This document shows, piece by piece, positions 10,681 through 18,732 of a stretch of DNA of 64,000 nt (positions are counted from its first letter, which is position 1; every line of letters begins with the position of its first letter). Origin of the DNA: Blautia sp. (GTDB lineage Bacteria; Bacillota; Clostridia; Lachnospirales; Lachnospiraceae); NCBI GenBank assembly GCA_021772055.1, contig JAETNR010000017.1, forward strand, positions 4,386 through 68,385. The letters are read 5' to 3'. The notes beneath the pieces are model-generated. The model had not been told where the DNA came from and made no database searches. It saw only the letters and a program-made list of their open reading frames with translations. The position numbers and the translations under genes are program-made.

Positions 10681-11760
10681 TCACCAAACTAACCTTCGCC
10701 AATAAAATGTAATCATTCCAATCAATCTGGCCAAATTAATCAGAATTTGCAAAAGCATATCTTCTATTGTTGTTAAAATCAACTTTGGCAACCTTTTCAA
10801 AAGTCTCCTAATATTTTTATCTACATCTATGTACGCAGAAATAACTGTCAGTCCAAATTGTGCCACAACATATCCAGCAAATGCCATTGACAAGAAAGGA
10901 AACGATTTCTCCCACATCAATAAGCAAACATAAACTACCCAAAATACAGGTCCTAATAATTCAACCACAAACTGATAACTCATTGTCGCCAGTCCCACCA
11001 TCCCATATCGCGGGTTGGCTATCATATTCTGGTGCTTAATCAGGCAATCCATCAAGCCTCTTTGCCATCTATCTCGTTGATACAATAATCTTTTGAGACT
11101 ATGTGGGACTCTGGTCTAGCAAACGGCAGTTGGATCATACACAATCTGATTACCAGATTTCTGATATCCTCCATCCTGTAATCTAAGGACCAATTCCATA
11201 TCCTCCCCCACCGTATCAGTATCATACCCACCCATTTCCAACAGGGCACTTTTACAAAAGACACCAAATGCTCCTGAAATCAGGCACTGTGCGTTTAACT
11301 TGGCAAATATTCTTCTGGCAATCTGAAAGGTTTTCATGTACTCACAGCACTGAATCCTCTCTAAAGCAGAACTATTCTCGCTTATAACAAGTAAGCGACC
11401 ACCAAGTGCAACCGCATCATCGTTCTCAAAATGTCTCACTGCTTGTGAAAGTGCATTTTCTTTCAAGATACAATCTGCATCAAGCGCACAAACCAAATCG
11501 TTCTTTGTCCGGAGAATTCCTTCATTTAAAGCATTGACCTTTCCCTTTTCCCGAATAAAAATTTCTCTTAACAAGTAATCCGAGTCCTGATAGAATACAT
11601 TTTTTGCTGCAACGTCAGTCCCTTGTGGCAAACTTTGGATGTCATTTCTAAGAATTAAAATCTCACACTTTGAACATCCCTGGCGGACGACAGATTCAAT
11701 TGTTTCGTCTATAGTTTTGAAACCGGTCAAAGGAATCAGGACGCTTACTGAAAATCAGAG
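10681..11760 (-). pseudogene. Processive GT2 (PgaC/IcaA-like) glycosyltransferase pseudogene
   Basis: GKVNALN, LDAD and GEDMEL motifs in ORF 11116-11730. After a stop, the QRxRW motif (YQRDRWQRG) and TM helices appear in ORF 10681-11085. The N-terminus is missing. Confidence 0.8.
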
Positions 11761-11880
11761 TTTTTTATCATCTATCTCTCCTCTGCTATAGTTTAACGAC
11801 ATTCCGGTCAAGTTCTATATGCTCTTGGATTTCTATCAACAACGTGTTTATCATTTCAAGGACAGGTCTATCCAATAATA

Positions 11881-11920
11881 CATAGCGCATGAAAAATTGA
11901 CTGAAAATTTCGGGTAGACA
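11881..11920. repeat. 40-bp motif, copy 1 (direct repeat with 16531-16570)
   Basis: catagcgcatgaaaaattgactgaaaatttcgggtagaca; 35/40 identical to copy 2. Confidence 0.85.
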
Positions 11921-11972
11921 CCAAACACACAACCAATAACCGAACCAAGAGCTTAACCTACCATGTCGTATC

Positions 11973-12578
11973 TCAAAACTTAAATGTATCTTTCAACCCA
12001 AGCCACTTCTGATCTTTATCGCTTAGATTCAAAGCAACTCCGTCTACGCTATACCCTTCAGCACTTGCTGTGCCTTGATACGCCCCTTCAGCCTTCGGCC
12101 ACTCAATGCCGATTTCTGGGTCGTTCCAAGCAAGACCGCCCTCATCGTTGGCATGGTAAAAATCGTCGCACTTATAGCAGAACTCTGCGGTATCACTCAG
12201 CACAAGGAAGCCGTGTGCAAATCCTCTCGGAATGAGGAACTGCTTTTTATTCTCTTCCGTCAGCTCAATGCCATACCATTTGCCATATGTTTCACTGCTG
12301 GAGCGCAGGTCAACTGCCACATCAAACACAGAACCCTTAATCACTCTGACCAGTTTGGTCTGGGGGAAGTTCTTCTGAAAGTGCAATCCACGGAGCACGC
12401 CTTTCACGCTCATGGACTGATTGTCCTGAACGAAATTGATGTTGATTCCGTTCTCTTCCATATCCCTCTGGCTATAGGTCTCCATAAAATAGCCACGAGC
12501 ATCACCGTGGACAGCAGGGGTAATCACACACAGTCCCTCGATGCCGCCTACGTTCTTTTCTACATTTATCTGTCCCAT
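11973..12578 (-). CDS. rmlC: dTDP-4-dehydrorhamnose 3,5-epimerase
   Basis: HGDARGYFME, VQDNQS, GVLRGLHFQ, IPRGFAHGF. Start set at MGQINVEK after a GGAG RBS. Confidence 0.95.
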   Translation of the reverse strand: MGQINVEKNVGGIEGLCVITPAVHGDARGYFMETYSQRDMEENGININFVQDNQSMSVKGVLRGLHFQKNFPQTKLVRVIKGSVFDVAVDLRSSSETYGKWYGIELTEENKKQFLIPRGFAHGFLVLSDTAEFCYKCDDFYHANDEGGLAWNDPEIGIEWPKAEGAYQGTASAEGYSVDGVALNLSDKDQKWLGLKDTFKF

Positions 12579-13167
12579 TGTTGTTATCTCCAAATCTCTC
12601 TATCGTTTCATTGATCATCGTCTTGATGAAGTTTTTTCCATTCAAACCAAACACCCATGCAATACGAACAATGAAGTATTTCTTCATCGTGTTCGCCACC
12701 GCCAGTTCGCCTTCCAGCTTGGTCTGGCCATAGACATTCAGAGGCTTATAGTCCTTGCAATCCGGCTTCCAAGGCTCTGTTCCCCGGCCATCGAACACAT
12801 AGTCTGTGGACAGATAGAGCATCTTGCAGTCGATGGCTTTACAGGCATCGGCGATATTCTGTGTACCGCCAGCATTGACAGCACGAACCTTCTCCACCTT
12901 GTCGTCATCCTCTGCCATGTCCACGGCTGTCCATGCAGCACAGTGAATAACCGCATCCGGCTTCACCTCTGTAATAACCTTCTTAACCGCATCCTTATCT
13001 GTAATATCGAGGCCGACATAGGGCATGGCGGTCACAGCAGAACCATCCGCAACACCCGCATAAGATTCCGCAATGTCGGAACCTACGCCCTCATAACCTC
13101 TTTTATTCAATTCATTCATCACGTCATGGCCAAGCTGACCGTTGACGCCAGTAACAAAAAACTTCAT
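12502..13167 (-). pseudogene. rmlD: dTDP-4-dehydrorhamnose reductase, C-terminally truncated
   Basis: GVNGQLG, STDYVFDG and YGQTK are intact. Similarity stops after NGKNFIKTMI and the frame runs out of frame into rmlC. Confidence 0.8.
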
Positions 13168-13200
13168 CCTTCCCACAACCTTTTTCCTTGGTAACGACTA

Positions 13201-14274
13201 TTAGATTTCCGCTTTTACCTTATACATAGCCTCGTAGTACTTCTGGTAATTACCGCTGGTCACATTGTTCATCCAGTCCTCATGCTCCAGATACCAGTCA
13301 ATAGTCAGGACAATACCCTTCTCAAAAGGAGTCTCCGGATACCAGCCCAAGTCATTCTTAATCTTTGTCGGATCAATGCCATAGCGGCGGTCGTGGCCCA
13401 GACGATCCTCCACATGCTTGATGAGTTTCTCAGAAATACCATCATCCTTCAGTCGATCATGAAGCTGCTCAATGATGGTCTTGACGATGAAAATGTTGGG
13501 ACGCTCATTGTGACCGCCCACGTTGTATACCTCGCCAATCTTGCCACCATTTGCCACCATATCGATGGCCTTACAGTGATCCTCCACATACAGCCAGTCG
13601 CGGATCTGCATGCCGTCACCGTACACGGGGAGATGCTTATGATGCTTGACGTTGTTGATTATCAGCGGAATCAGCTTCTCCGGGAACTGATAAGGACCGT
13701 AGTTGTTGGAGCAACGGGTGATATTCACCGGCATACCATAAGTATCATGGAAAGCCTGTACAAAGTGGTCGGCACTGGCCTTGGAAGAAGAGTACGGGCT
13801 GTGCGGATTGATGGGCGTGGTCTCCATGAAGTACCCCTCCGCGCCCAGAGCGCCATAGACCTCATCGGTAGAAACCTGCAGGTACTTTTTGCCCTCTTTC
13901 CACGTCTTGGTAGCGGCATCGTACCATGCTTCTTTCGCTCTCTGGAGCAGGTTGACCGTACCCATCACGTTGGTCTGAACAAAAATTTCAGGATTGGCGA
14001 TGGAGCGATCCACATGTGACTCGGCAGCGAAGTTGATGACATAGTCGAAATCATACTTCTCAAACAGAGAAGCGACCAATTCCTTGTCGCAGATATCACC
14101 CTGGACGAATACATGGCGAGGGTCGCCTTCTACGCCCTTGAGGTTCTCCAGATTGCCTGCATAAGTCAGCTTGTCGAGGTTGACGAGTAGAATGTCGTCA
14201 TACTTTTTCAGCATATAGTAAACAAAGTTGGAGCCGATAAAGCCGGCGCAACCGGTAATCAGATATTTCTTCAT
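13201..14274 (-). CDS. rmlB: dTDP-glucose 4,6-dehydratase
   Basis: GCAGFIG, FAAESHVDRSI, STDEVYG, YSSSK. Confidence 0.95.
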   Translation of the reverse strand: MKKYLITGCAGFIGSNFVYYMLKKYDDILLVNLDKLTYAGNLENLKGVEGDPRHVFVQGDICDKELVASLFEKYDFDYVINFAAESHVDRSIANPEIFVQTNVMGTVNLLQRAKEAWYDAATKTWKEGKKYLQVSTDEVYGALGAEGYFMETTPINPHSPYSSSKASADHFVQAFHDTYGMPVNITRCSNNYGPYQFPEKLIPLIINNVKHHKHLPVYGDGMQIRDWLYVEDHCKAIDMVANGGKIGEVYNVGGHNERPNIFIVKTIIEQLHDRLKDDGISEKLIKHVEDRLGHDRRYGIDPTKIKNDLGWYPETPFEKGIVLTIDWYLEHEDWMNNVTSGNYQKYYEAMYKVKAEI

Positions 14275-14328
14275 GTACTTTCTTCCCCTATTCCTTATAT
14301 AAGTGATGTGGCCTACTTTACTGCTTAA

Positions 14329-15225
14329 TCAATGCAGTACATCGAGATACTTACCGTCCAAAACGTCCTTCAAATACTGGCCATACTGGTTCTTCTTGAG
14401 GACTTCATAAACTTCAAGCACATCCTCACGGCTGATCCAACCATTCAGATATGCGATTTCCTCCAAGCAGGCGATCTTTCGGTGCTGATGCTGCTCGATT
14501 GTTTTCACAAAGTTCATCGCATCCACAAGGCTCTCATGGGTTCCAGTATCCAGCCAGGTAAAGCCCTGGCCCAGCAGTTCTACGTTCAGTGTGCCATCCT
14601 CCAGATAGATGCGGTTCAGATCGGTAATCTCAAGCTCGCCGCGGGCAGAGGGCTTGAGGTTCTTTGCATACTCCACGACCCGGTTGTCATAGAAGTAGAG
14701 GCCTGTGACACAGTAATTGCTCTTGGGATGCACGGGCTTTTCCTCAATAGAGATTGCTTTGCCGTCCTTATCGAACTCCACAATGCCGAAACGCTCCGGA
14801 TCATCCACATAGTAGCCAAAAACAGTAGCACCTTTACCATTCTCGGCATTTTCCACAGCGGCTTTCAGGCGTTTTTTCAAGCCGTGTCCAGCAAAGATGT
14901 TGTCACCCAAAACCATAGCTACAGTGTCTTCCCCAATGAAGTCAGCACCGATGATAAACGCCTGTGCCAATCCGTCCGGTGAAGGCTGAACGGCATATGT
15001 AAGGTTCACGCCGAACTGATGACCGTCACCCAGCAAATCCTGGAATCGCGGCGTATCCTGCGGCGTGGAAATAATCAGAATGTCCCGAATGCCCGCATTC
15101 ATAAGAACAGACATCGGATAATAAATCATGGGTTTATCATAAATCGGCAGGAGCTGCTTCGATGTAACCTTCGTTAACGGATAAAGGCGTGTGCCGGAGC
15201 CTCCGGCGAGAATGATACCCTTCAT
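14329..15225 (-). CDS. rmlA: Glucose-1-phosphate thymidylyltransferase
   Basis: [44 protein letters not shown]. Confidence 0.97.
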   Translation of the reverse strand: MKGIILAGGSGTRLYPLTKVTSKQLLPIYDKPMIYYPMSVLMNAGIRDILIISTPQDTPRFQDLLGDGHQFGVNLTYAVQPSPDGLAQAFIIGADFIGEDTVAMVLGDNIFAGHGLKKRLKAAVENAENGKGATVFGYYVDDPERFGIVEFDKDGKAISIEEKPVHPKSNYCVTGLYFYDNRVVEYAKNLKPSARGELEITDLNRIYLEDGTLNVELLGQGFTWLDTGTHESLVDAMNFVKTIEQHQHRKIACLEEIAYLNGWISREDVLEVYEVLKKNQYGQYLKDVLDGKYLDVLH

Positions 15226-16489
15226 AACTTTTCTCCTTTTCTTTAGTCCTGCCGAACAGGTCCCTTGTGTAAACCTTTTCTTTCACGTCATCCAAGCATT
15301 TGTCATACCGGTTTGCGATGATGGCGTCGCTCAGTTCTTTGAACTTCTTCAAATCGTTGACCACGACTGAACCGAAGAACTTCTCTCCATCTTCCAGAGT
15401 CGGCTCGTAGATAATAACTGTTGCGCCCTTCGCCTTCACGCGCTTCATGACGCCCTGGATGCTGCTCTGTCGGAAGTTGTCGCTATTGCTTTTCATGGTC
15501 AACCGGAATACCCCGATGACAACATTCTTCTCATAGTTCTTATCCCACTGGTTGTCTTCGCCGTATCCGTAGTACCCAGCTAGACGCAGCACTCGGTCTG
15601 CGATGAAGTCCTTCCTCGTTCTGTTGCTATCCACGATGGCAGACATCATGTTCTGCGGGACATCAGCGTAGTTAGCGAGAAGCTGTTTGGTGTCTTTCGG
15701 CAGGCAGTAGCCACCGTATCCAAAGCCCGGATTGTTGTAGTGCGTCCCGATATGCGGGTCGAGGCACACGCCCTCAATGATCTGCTCTGTGTTCAGGCCC
15801 TTGCTCTCTGCGTAGGTATCGAGTTCATTGAAATATGCGACCCGCAGAGCTAAGTAGGTGTTAGCAAACAGCTTAACCACCTCTGCCTCTGTGAAGCCCA
15901 TGAACAGTGTGTCGATGTTCTCTTTGATTGCACCCTCCTGGAGTAATTCAGCGAAGGTATGTGCAGCCTGCGTCAAACGCTCGTCCTTCACATCCGTGCC
16001 GACGATAATTCTGCTGGGATACAAATTGTCATAGAGGGCTTTTGACTCTCTTAAAAACTCAGGGCTGAAGAGGATGTCCTTACAGTTGTATTTCTCCCGC
16101 ACAGAGGCCGTATATCCAACCGGAACCGTAGACTTGATAACCATGATGGCGTTCAGATTCGCTTTAATAACCAACTCAATCACGTTTTCCACAGCAGTCG
16201 TATTGAAGTGCTGAGTAACAGAGTCGTAATTGGTCGGAGCCGCAATAACAACAAAGTCCGCATTGCTATAAGCTCTTTCGGCATCCAGCGTTGCGGTCAA
16301 ATCAAGTTCCTTCTCAGCTAGGTATTTCTCGATATACTCATCCTGAATAGGAGACTTCCGATTATTGATAAGCTCTACTTTTTCTGGGACGATGTCCACG
16401 GCATAGACCTTATTATGTTGTGCCAGCAGCACCGCGAGGGATAATCCCACATAGCCGGTACCGGCGACTGCAATCGTGAACTTCTTCAT
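15137..16489 (-). CDS. ugd: UDP-glucose 6-dehydrogenase (copy 2) with a frameshifted C-terminal extension overlapping rmlA
   Basis: Complete Ugd motifs. After DLFGR the sequence reads AGG ACT AAA rather than AGG GAC TAA; the expected stop would be at 15243-15245. Confidence 0.9.
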   Translation of the reverse strand: MKKFTIAVAGTGYVGLSLAVLLAQHNKVYAVDIVPEKVELINNRKSPIQDEYIEKYLAEKELDLTATLDAERAYSNADFVVIAAPTNYDSVTQHFNTTAVENVIELVIKANLNAIMVIKSTVPVGYTASVREKYNCKDILFSPEFLRESKALYDNLYPSRIIVGTDVKDERLTQAAHTFAELLQEGAIKENIDTLFMGFTEAEVVKLFANTYLALRVAYFNELDTYAESKGLNTEQIIEGVCLDPHIGTHYNNPGFGYGGYCLPKDTKQLLANYADVPQNMMSAIVDSNRTRKDFIADRVLRLAGYYGYGEDNQWDKNYEKNVVIGVFRLTMKSNSDNFRQSSIQGVMKRVKAKGATVIIYEPTLEDGEKFFGSVVVNDLKKFKELSDAIIANRYDKCLDDVKEKVYTRDLFGRTKEKEKSYEGYHSRRRLRHTPLSVNEGYIEAAPADL

Positions 16490-16530
16490 GGTTACTCCTC
16501 TATTTGGTAGGAATCGTTTTTTCCTGTCAT

Positions 16531-16570
16531 CATAGCCTACGAAAAATCGACTGAAAATTTAGGGTAGACA
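16531..16570. repeat. 40-bp motif, copy 2 (direct repeat with 11881-11920)
   Basis: catagcctacgaaaaatcgactgaaaatttagggtagaca. Confidence 0.85.
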
Positions 16571-16651
16571 TTATATAAAAGTTCAAATTTCTCCACTCTA
16601 AAGCAAAGATAATAGATTCAGAGTAAAATCTCCAAAATGATTGTCAACGTA

Positions 16652-16852
16652 AACTCACTTTATAAAATATAACTTCAAATACCCTCCCCCACGCCCGCCC
16701 ATCCGGGCATCCGTGAAGCGTCTTCGCCGTCTCTTCCTGTTCTTTTAAGGAACAGGTAAGACACGACAGGCGGTATTCAACCCAACAGGATTTACCATGT
16801 ATAAACCCTGTTTTTCAGCTCTCGCTTATCTTAGCCGAAGAGTTCACTTCGG
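16652..16852 (-). ncRNA. Putative omegaRNA-like guide RNA 1 (scaffold ~16672-16852 plus 3' guide)
   Basis: Lies directly downstream of the TnpB-like gene and is homologous to 20576-20753. Covarying hairpins; conservation ends sharply at GGGGAGGGTATTTGAAGT. Confidence 0.75.
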
Positions 16853-16931
16853 TTTCTTTTGTATGGAAAAAACTTTTCAAGTTTCTTCTTGCATACTTTC
16901 TATATAAAACAGTGTTCCGGGCAATTACTGC

Positions 16932-18131
16932 TCAGCCCACGTGTTTTCCAAATTGTAACCGGCATTTCTCCGTCAGATTTCTGGCAGCATTCAGATACCG
17001 GTTTCCATGATGCCCGCTCTCGCAGACATATTCCCTAGCTTTTTTACTTTCTTCCAAAATCGGTTTTCCGCAAAGAGCACACACTGAGCCGGTTCCATTC
17101 GCATGTACCTCAATCACAATCATCCCGGCTTTCCATGCCTTATAACGCAGATACTCCCGAATTCTGGTACTCAGATGCAGTGGTCCCCAGTTTCCGGAAC
17201 CAATCATCACCCTGCGGGTAAATTCCTCATGATACTTTGGAACCGCAATCACAGAAACCTCATTTTCCTGACAAAAACAAAGAATCTCTCTGCTCACCTG
17301 GTGAGCATAATGATCGCTCAGGTGTTTCAGATGCATCCAGTATTTCTGATTTGGATGCCCCTCCATTGTCGCCCCCAAAGCCTCCTGGGATACTGCAATT
17401 TTTTCCATCAGTCTCCTGCAGTGATGCCTATATTCATCACCGCCCCGGAAAAACCGGGTTCCCAGTTCCTTCCCGTCTTTGTCAAAAACACAGCCTACAG
17501 CAAAAGCATCTCCGTTGGTAAACTGCAGCCCGCAGATATTCCTGCCTTCTTTCATACGAAGCTTTACAGAAGAGGTATCCGGGGTTGCTTCCTTCAGCGG
17601 CACATGAAGCATGATAAAATCCTGTTCGAAAACAACCGACGGGGACATCAGCTCCGCATCCTCTGGAAATGGTTTTCCATATAGGCGGCAGCGCATCCAT
17701 TGCCACTGGTTTCCGGTCCAGACCTTCAGCGTAATTTCTTCTGCGCTAAAGTCCCGGTACATTCTTTTATAAAAGACTGTCGGGGTATTCAGCTTCTCTG
17801 CCTTATTTATATAGGAAGACTTTCCTCTGGATAAGTGACTTTTTGCAGCTGCAATCCCTGCATTCGCAGCCGCCCTTCGGAAATAGGGAGGCACATCTTC
17901 CCATGGCAAAGGGGTCTGCGGAATCCGCTTCTCTCTTCCGGGAAGGCTCAGAAACTCCAATCCGCGAAGTGTCTCCTGGCTGTTCTCGTCCCACAATTCC
18001 TCATGCTTCAGCAGCAGGTTGTAGTAAAACAGCTCTATCCGGTTAAATAATTCCTGTGTTTCCAAAAGCCACTGAGGATGCCTGCATCTCAGCCGCAGCC
18101 TTCGTGTTGTAATACAGTAGCCCTGGCTCAT
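16932..18131 (-). CDS. Nuclease-dead TnpB/Cas12f-like RNA-guided DNA-binding protein (TldR-like), copy 1
   Basis: TnpB C-terminal architecture: DHYAHQVSREI, YLRYKAWKAG, CALCG...CESGH zinc ribbon, NAARNL. RuvC acidic residues are replaced (ICGLQF, VIAVPK, GNRYLN). Confidence 0.85.
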   Translation of the reverse strand: MSQGYCITTRRLRLRCRHPQWLLETQELFNRIELFYYNLLLKHEELWDENSQETLRGLEFLSLPGREKRIPQTPLPWEDVPPYFRRAAANAGIAAAKSHLSRGKSSYINKAEKLNTPTVFYKRMYRDFSAEEITLKVWTGNQWQWMRCRLYGKPFPEDAELMSPSVVFEQDFIMLHVPLKEATPDTSSVKLRMKEGRNICGLQFTNGDAFAVGCVFDKDGKELGTRFFRGGDEYRHHCRRLMEKIAVSQEALGATMEGHPNQKYWMHLKHLSDHYAHQVSREILCFCQENEVSVIAVPKYHEEFTRRVMIGSGNWGPLHLSTRIREYLRYKAWKAGMIVIEVHANGTGSVCALCGKPILEESKKAREYVCESGHHGNRYLNAARNLTEKCRLQFGKHVG

Positions 18132-18248
18132 TCTTACCTATCCTTTGCTGTTATTTTCTAAAAACCGACTTTCTGCTTTTCTTCTGTCAGTTTTCAAAAT
18201 CTGCCCTGATTCCAGCTAATACTTTCAACTTATCACATCATACTTTTT

Positions 18249-18275
18249 TGTCGCTTATCTTCGTCATAAGCGACA
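18249..18275. promoter_or_regulatory. Recombination site, left (10-bp arms, 7-bp asymmetric core)
   Basis: TGTCGCTTAT-CTTCGTC-ATAAGCGACA; the arms are perfect inverted repeats. Confidence 0.85.
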
Positions 18276-18307
18276 CCTTTTTTGACTGCCTTTATAAGAC
18301 ATACATA

Positions 18308-18336
18308 ATGATAACATCATGTATGGGGCTTGTCAA
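18308..18336 (-). promoter_or_regulatory. SigmaA-type promoter inside the putative invertible segment, pointing at dTnpB copy 1
   Basis: Minus strand TTGACA-N17-TATCAT with a TGn extended -10. Confidence 0.8.
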
Positions 18337-18528
18337 GCCGTCTATTATGCCGCTTATTGACCATTTTCAGCCACTTTATTGGATAAAAAATGAAATTTTC
18401 CACAAAAAGGGAGCGGCTGTAGGAGCAGATGGACAGATAAAGGGGCAAAGTGGTCAAAAATAGAGCCCAGTAAATAAAGGAATACAGGCTTTTTGACAAC
18501 TTTGAAAATGGTCAGCAGAGAAAGAAAG

Positions 18529-18567
18529 AACGGGAAAAAAGTTTATTTTATAATCTTTTTTCCCGTT
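18529..18567. terminator. 13-bp stem hairpin inside the putative invertible segment
   Basis: aacgggaaaaaag / cttttttcccgtt perfect stem with U-rich flanks in both directions. Confidence 0.6.
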
Positions 18568-18568
18568 T

Positions 18569-18595
18569 TGTCGCTTATGACGAAGATAAGTGACA
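18569..18595. promoter_or_regulatory. Recombination site, right (inverted relative to the left site)
   Basis: TGTCGCTTAT-GACGAAG-ATAAGTGACA. The core is the reverse complement of the left core; 26/27 identity to the left site in inverted orientation. Confidence 0.85.
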
Positions 18596-18732
18596 CCTTT
18601 CTTTTTTATTTTCCCATTTTTTTTCGAAATAGCGTAAAAATTCCCCGGGCAAACGGGGCTCCGCATCAAACGTAGTTGTTGTTTCCCACCTTTGCAAAAT
18701 TAAATCACAGTTTCTTCAAAAAAGCTACGCTT

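Noticed and set aside
16822-16832. TCGCTTATCTT in RNA scaffold 1, identical to part of the left recombination site
   Set aside because: Only 11 nt, lacks the second arm, and is not conserved in scaffold 2.
18493-18521. Plus-strand TTGACA inside the invertible segment
   Set aside because: No plausible -10 hexamer at 16-18 bp spacing.
18544-18553. TATTTTATAA in the switch hairpin loop resembling guide 1, and TATTGG at ~18377 resembling guide 2
   Set aside because: Too short and AT-rich to support targeting.
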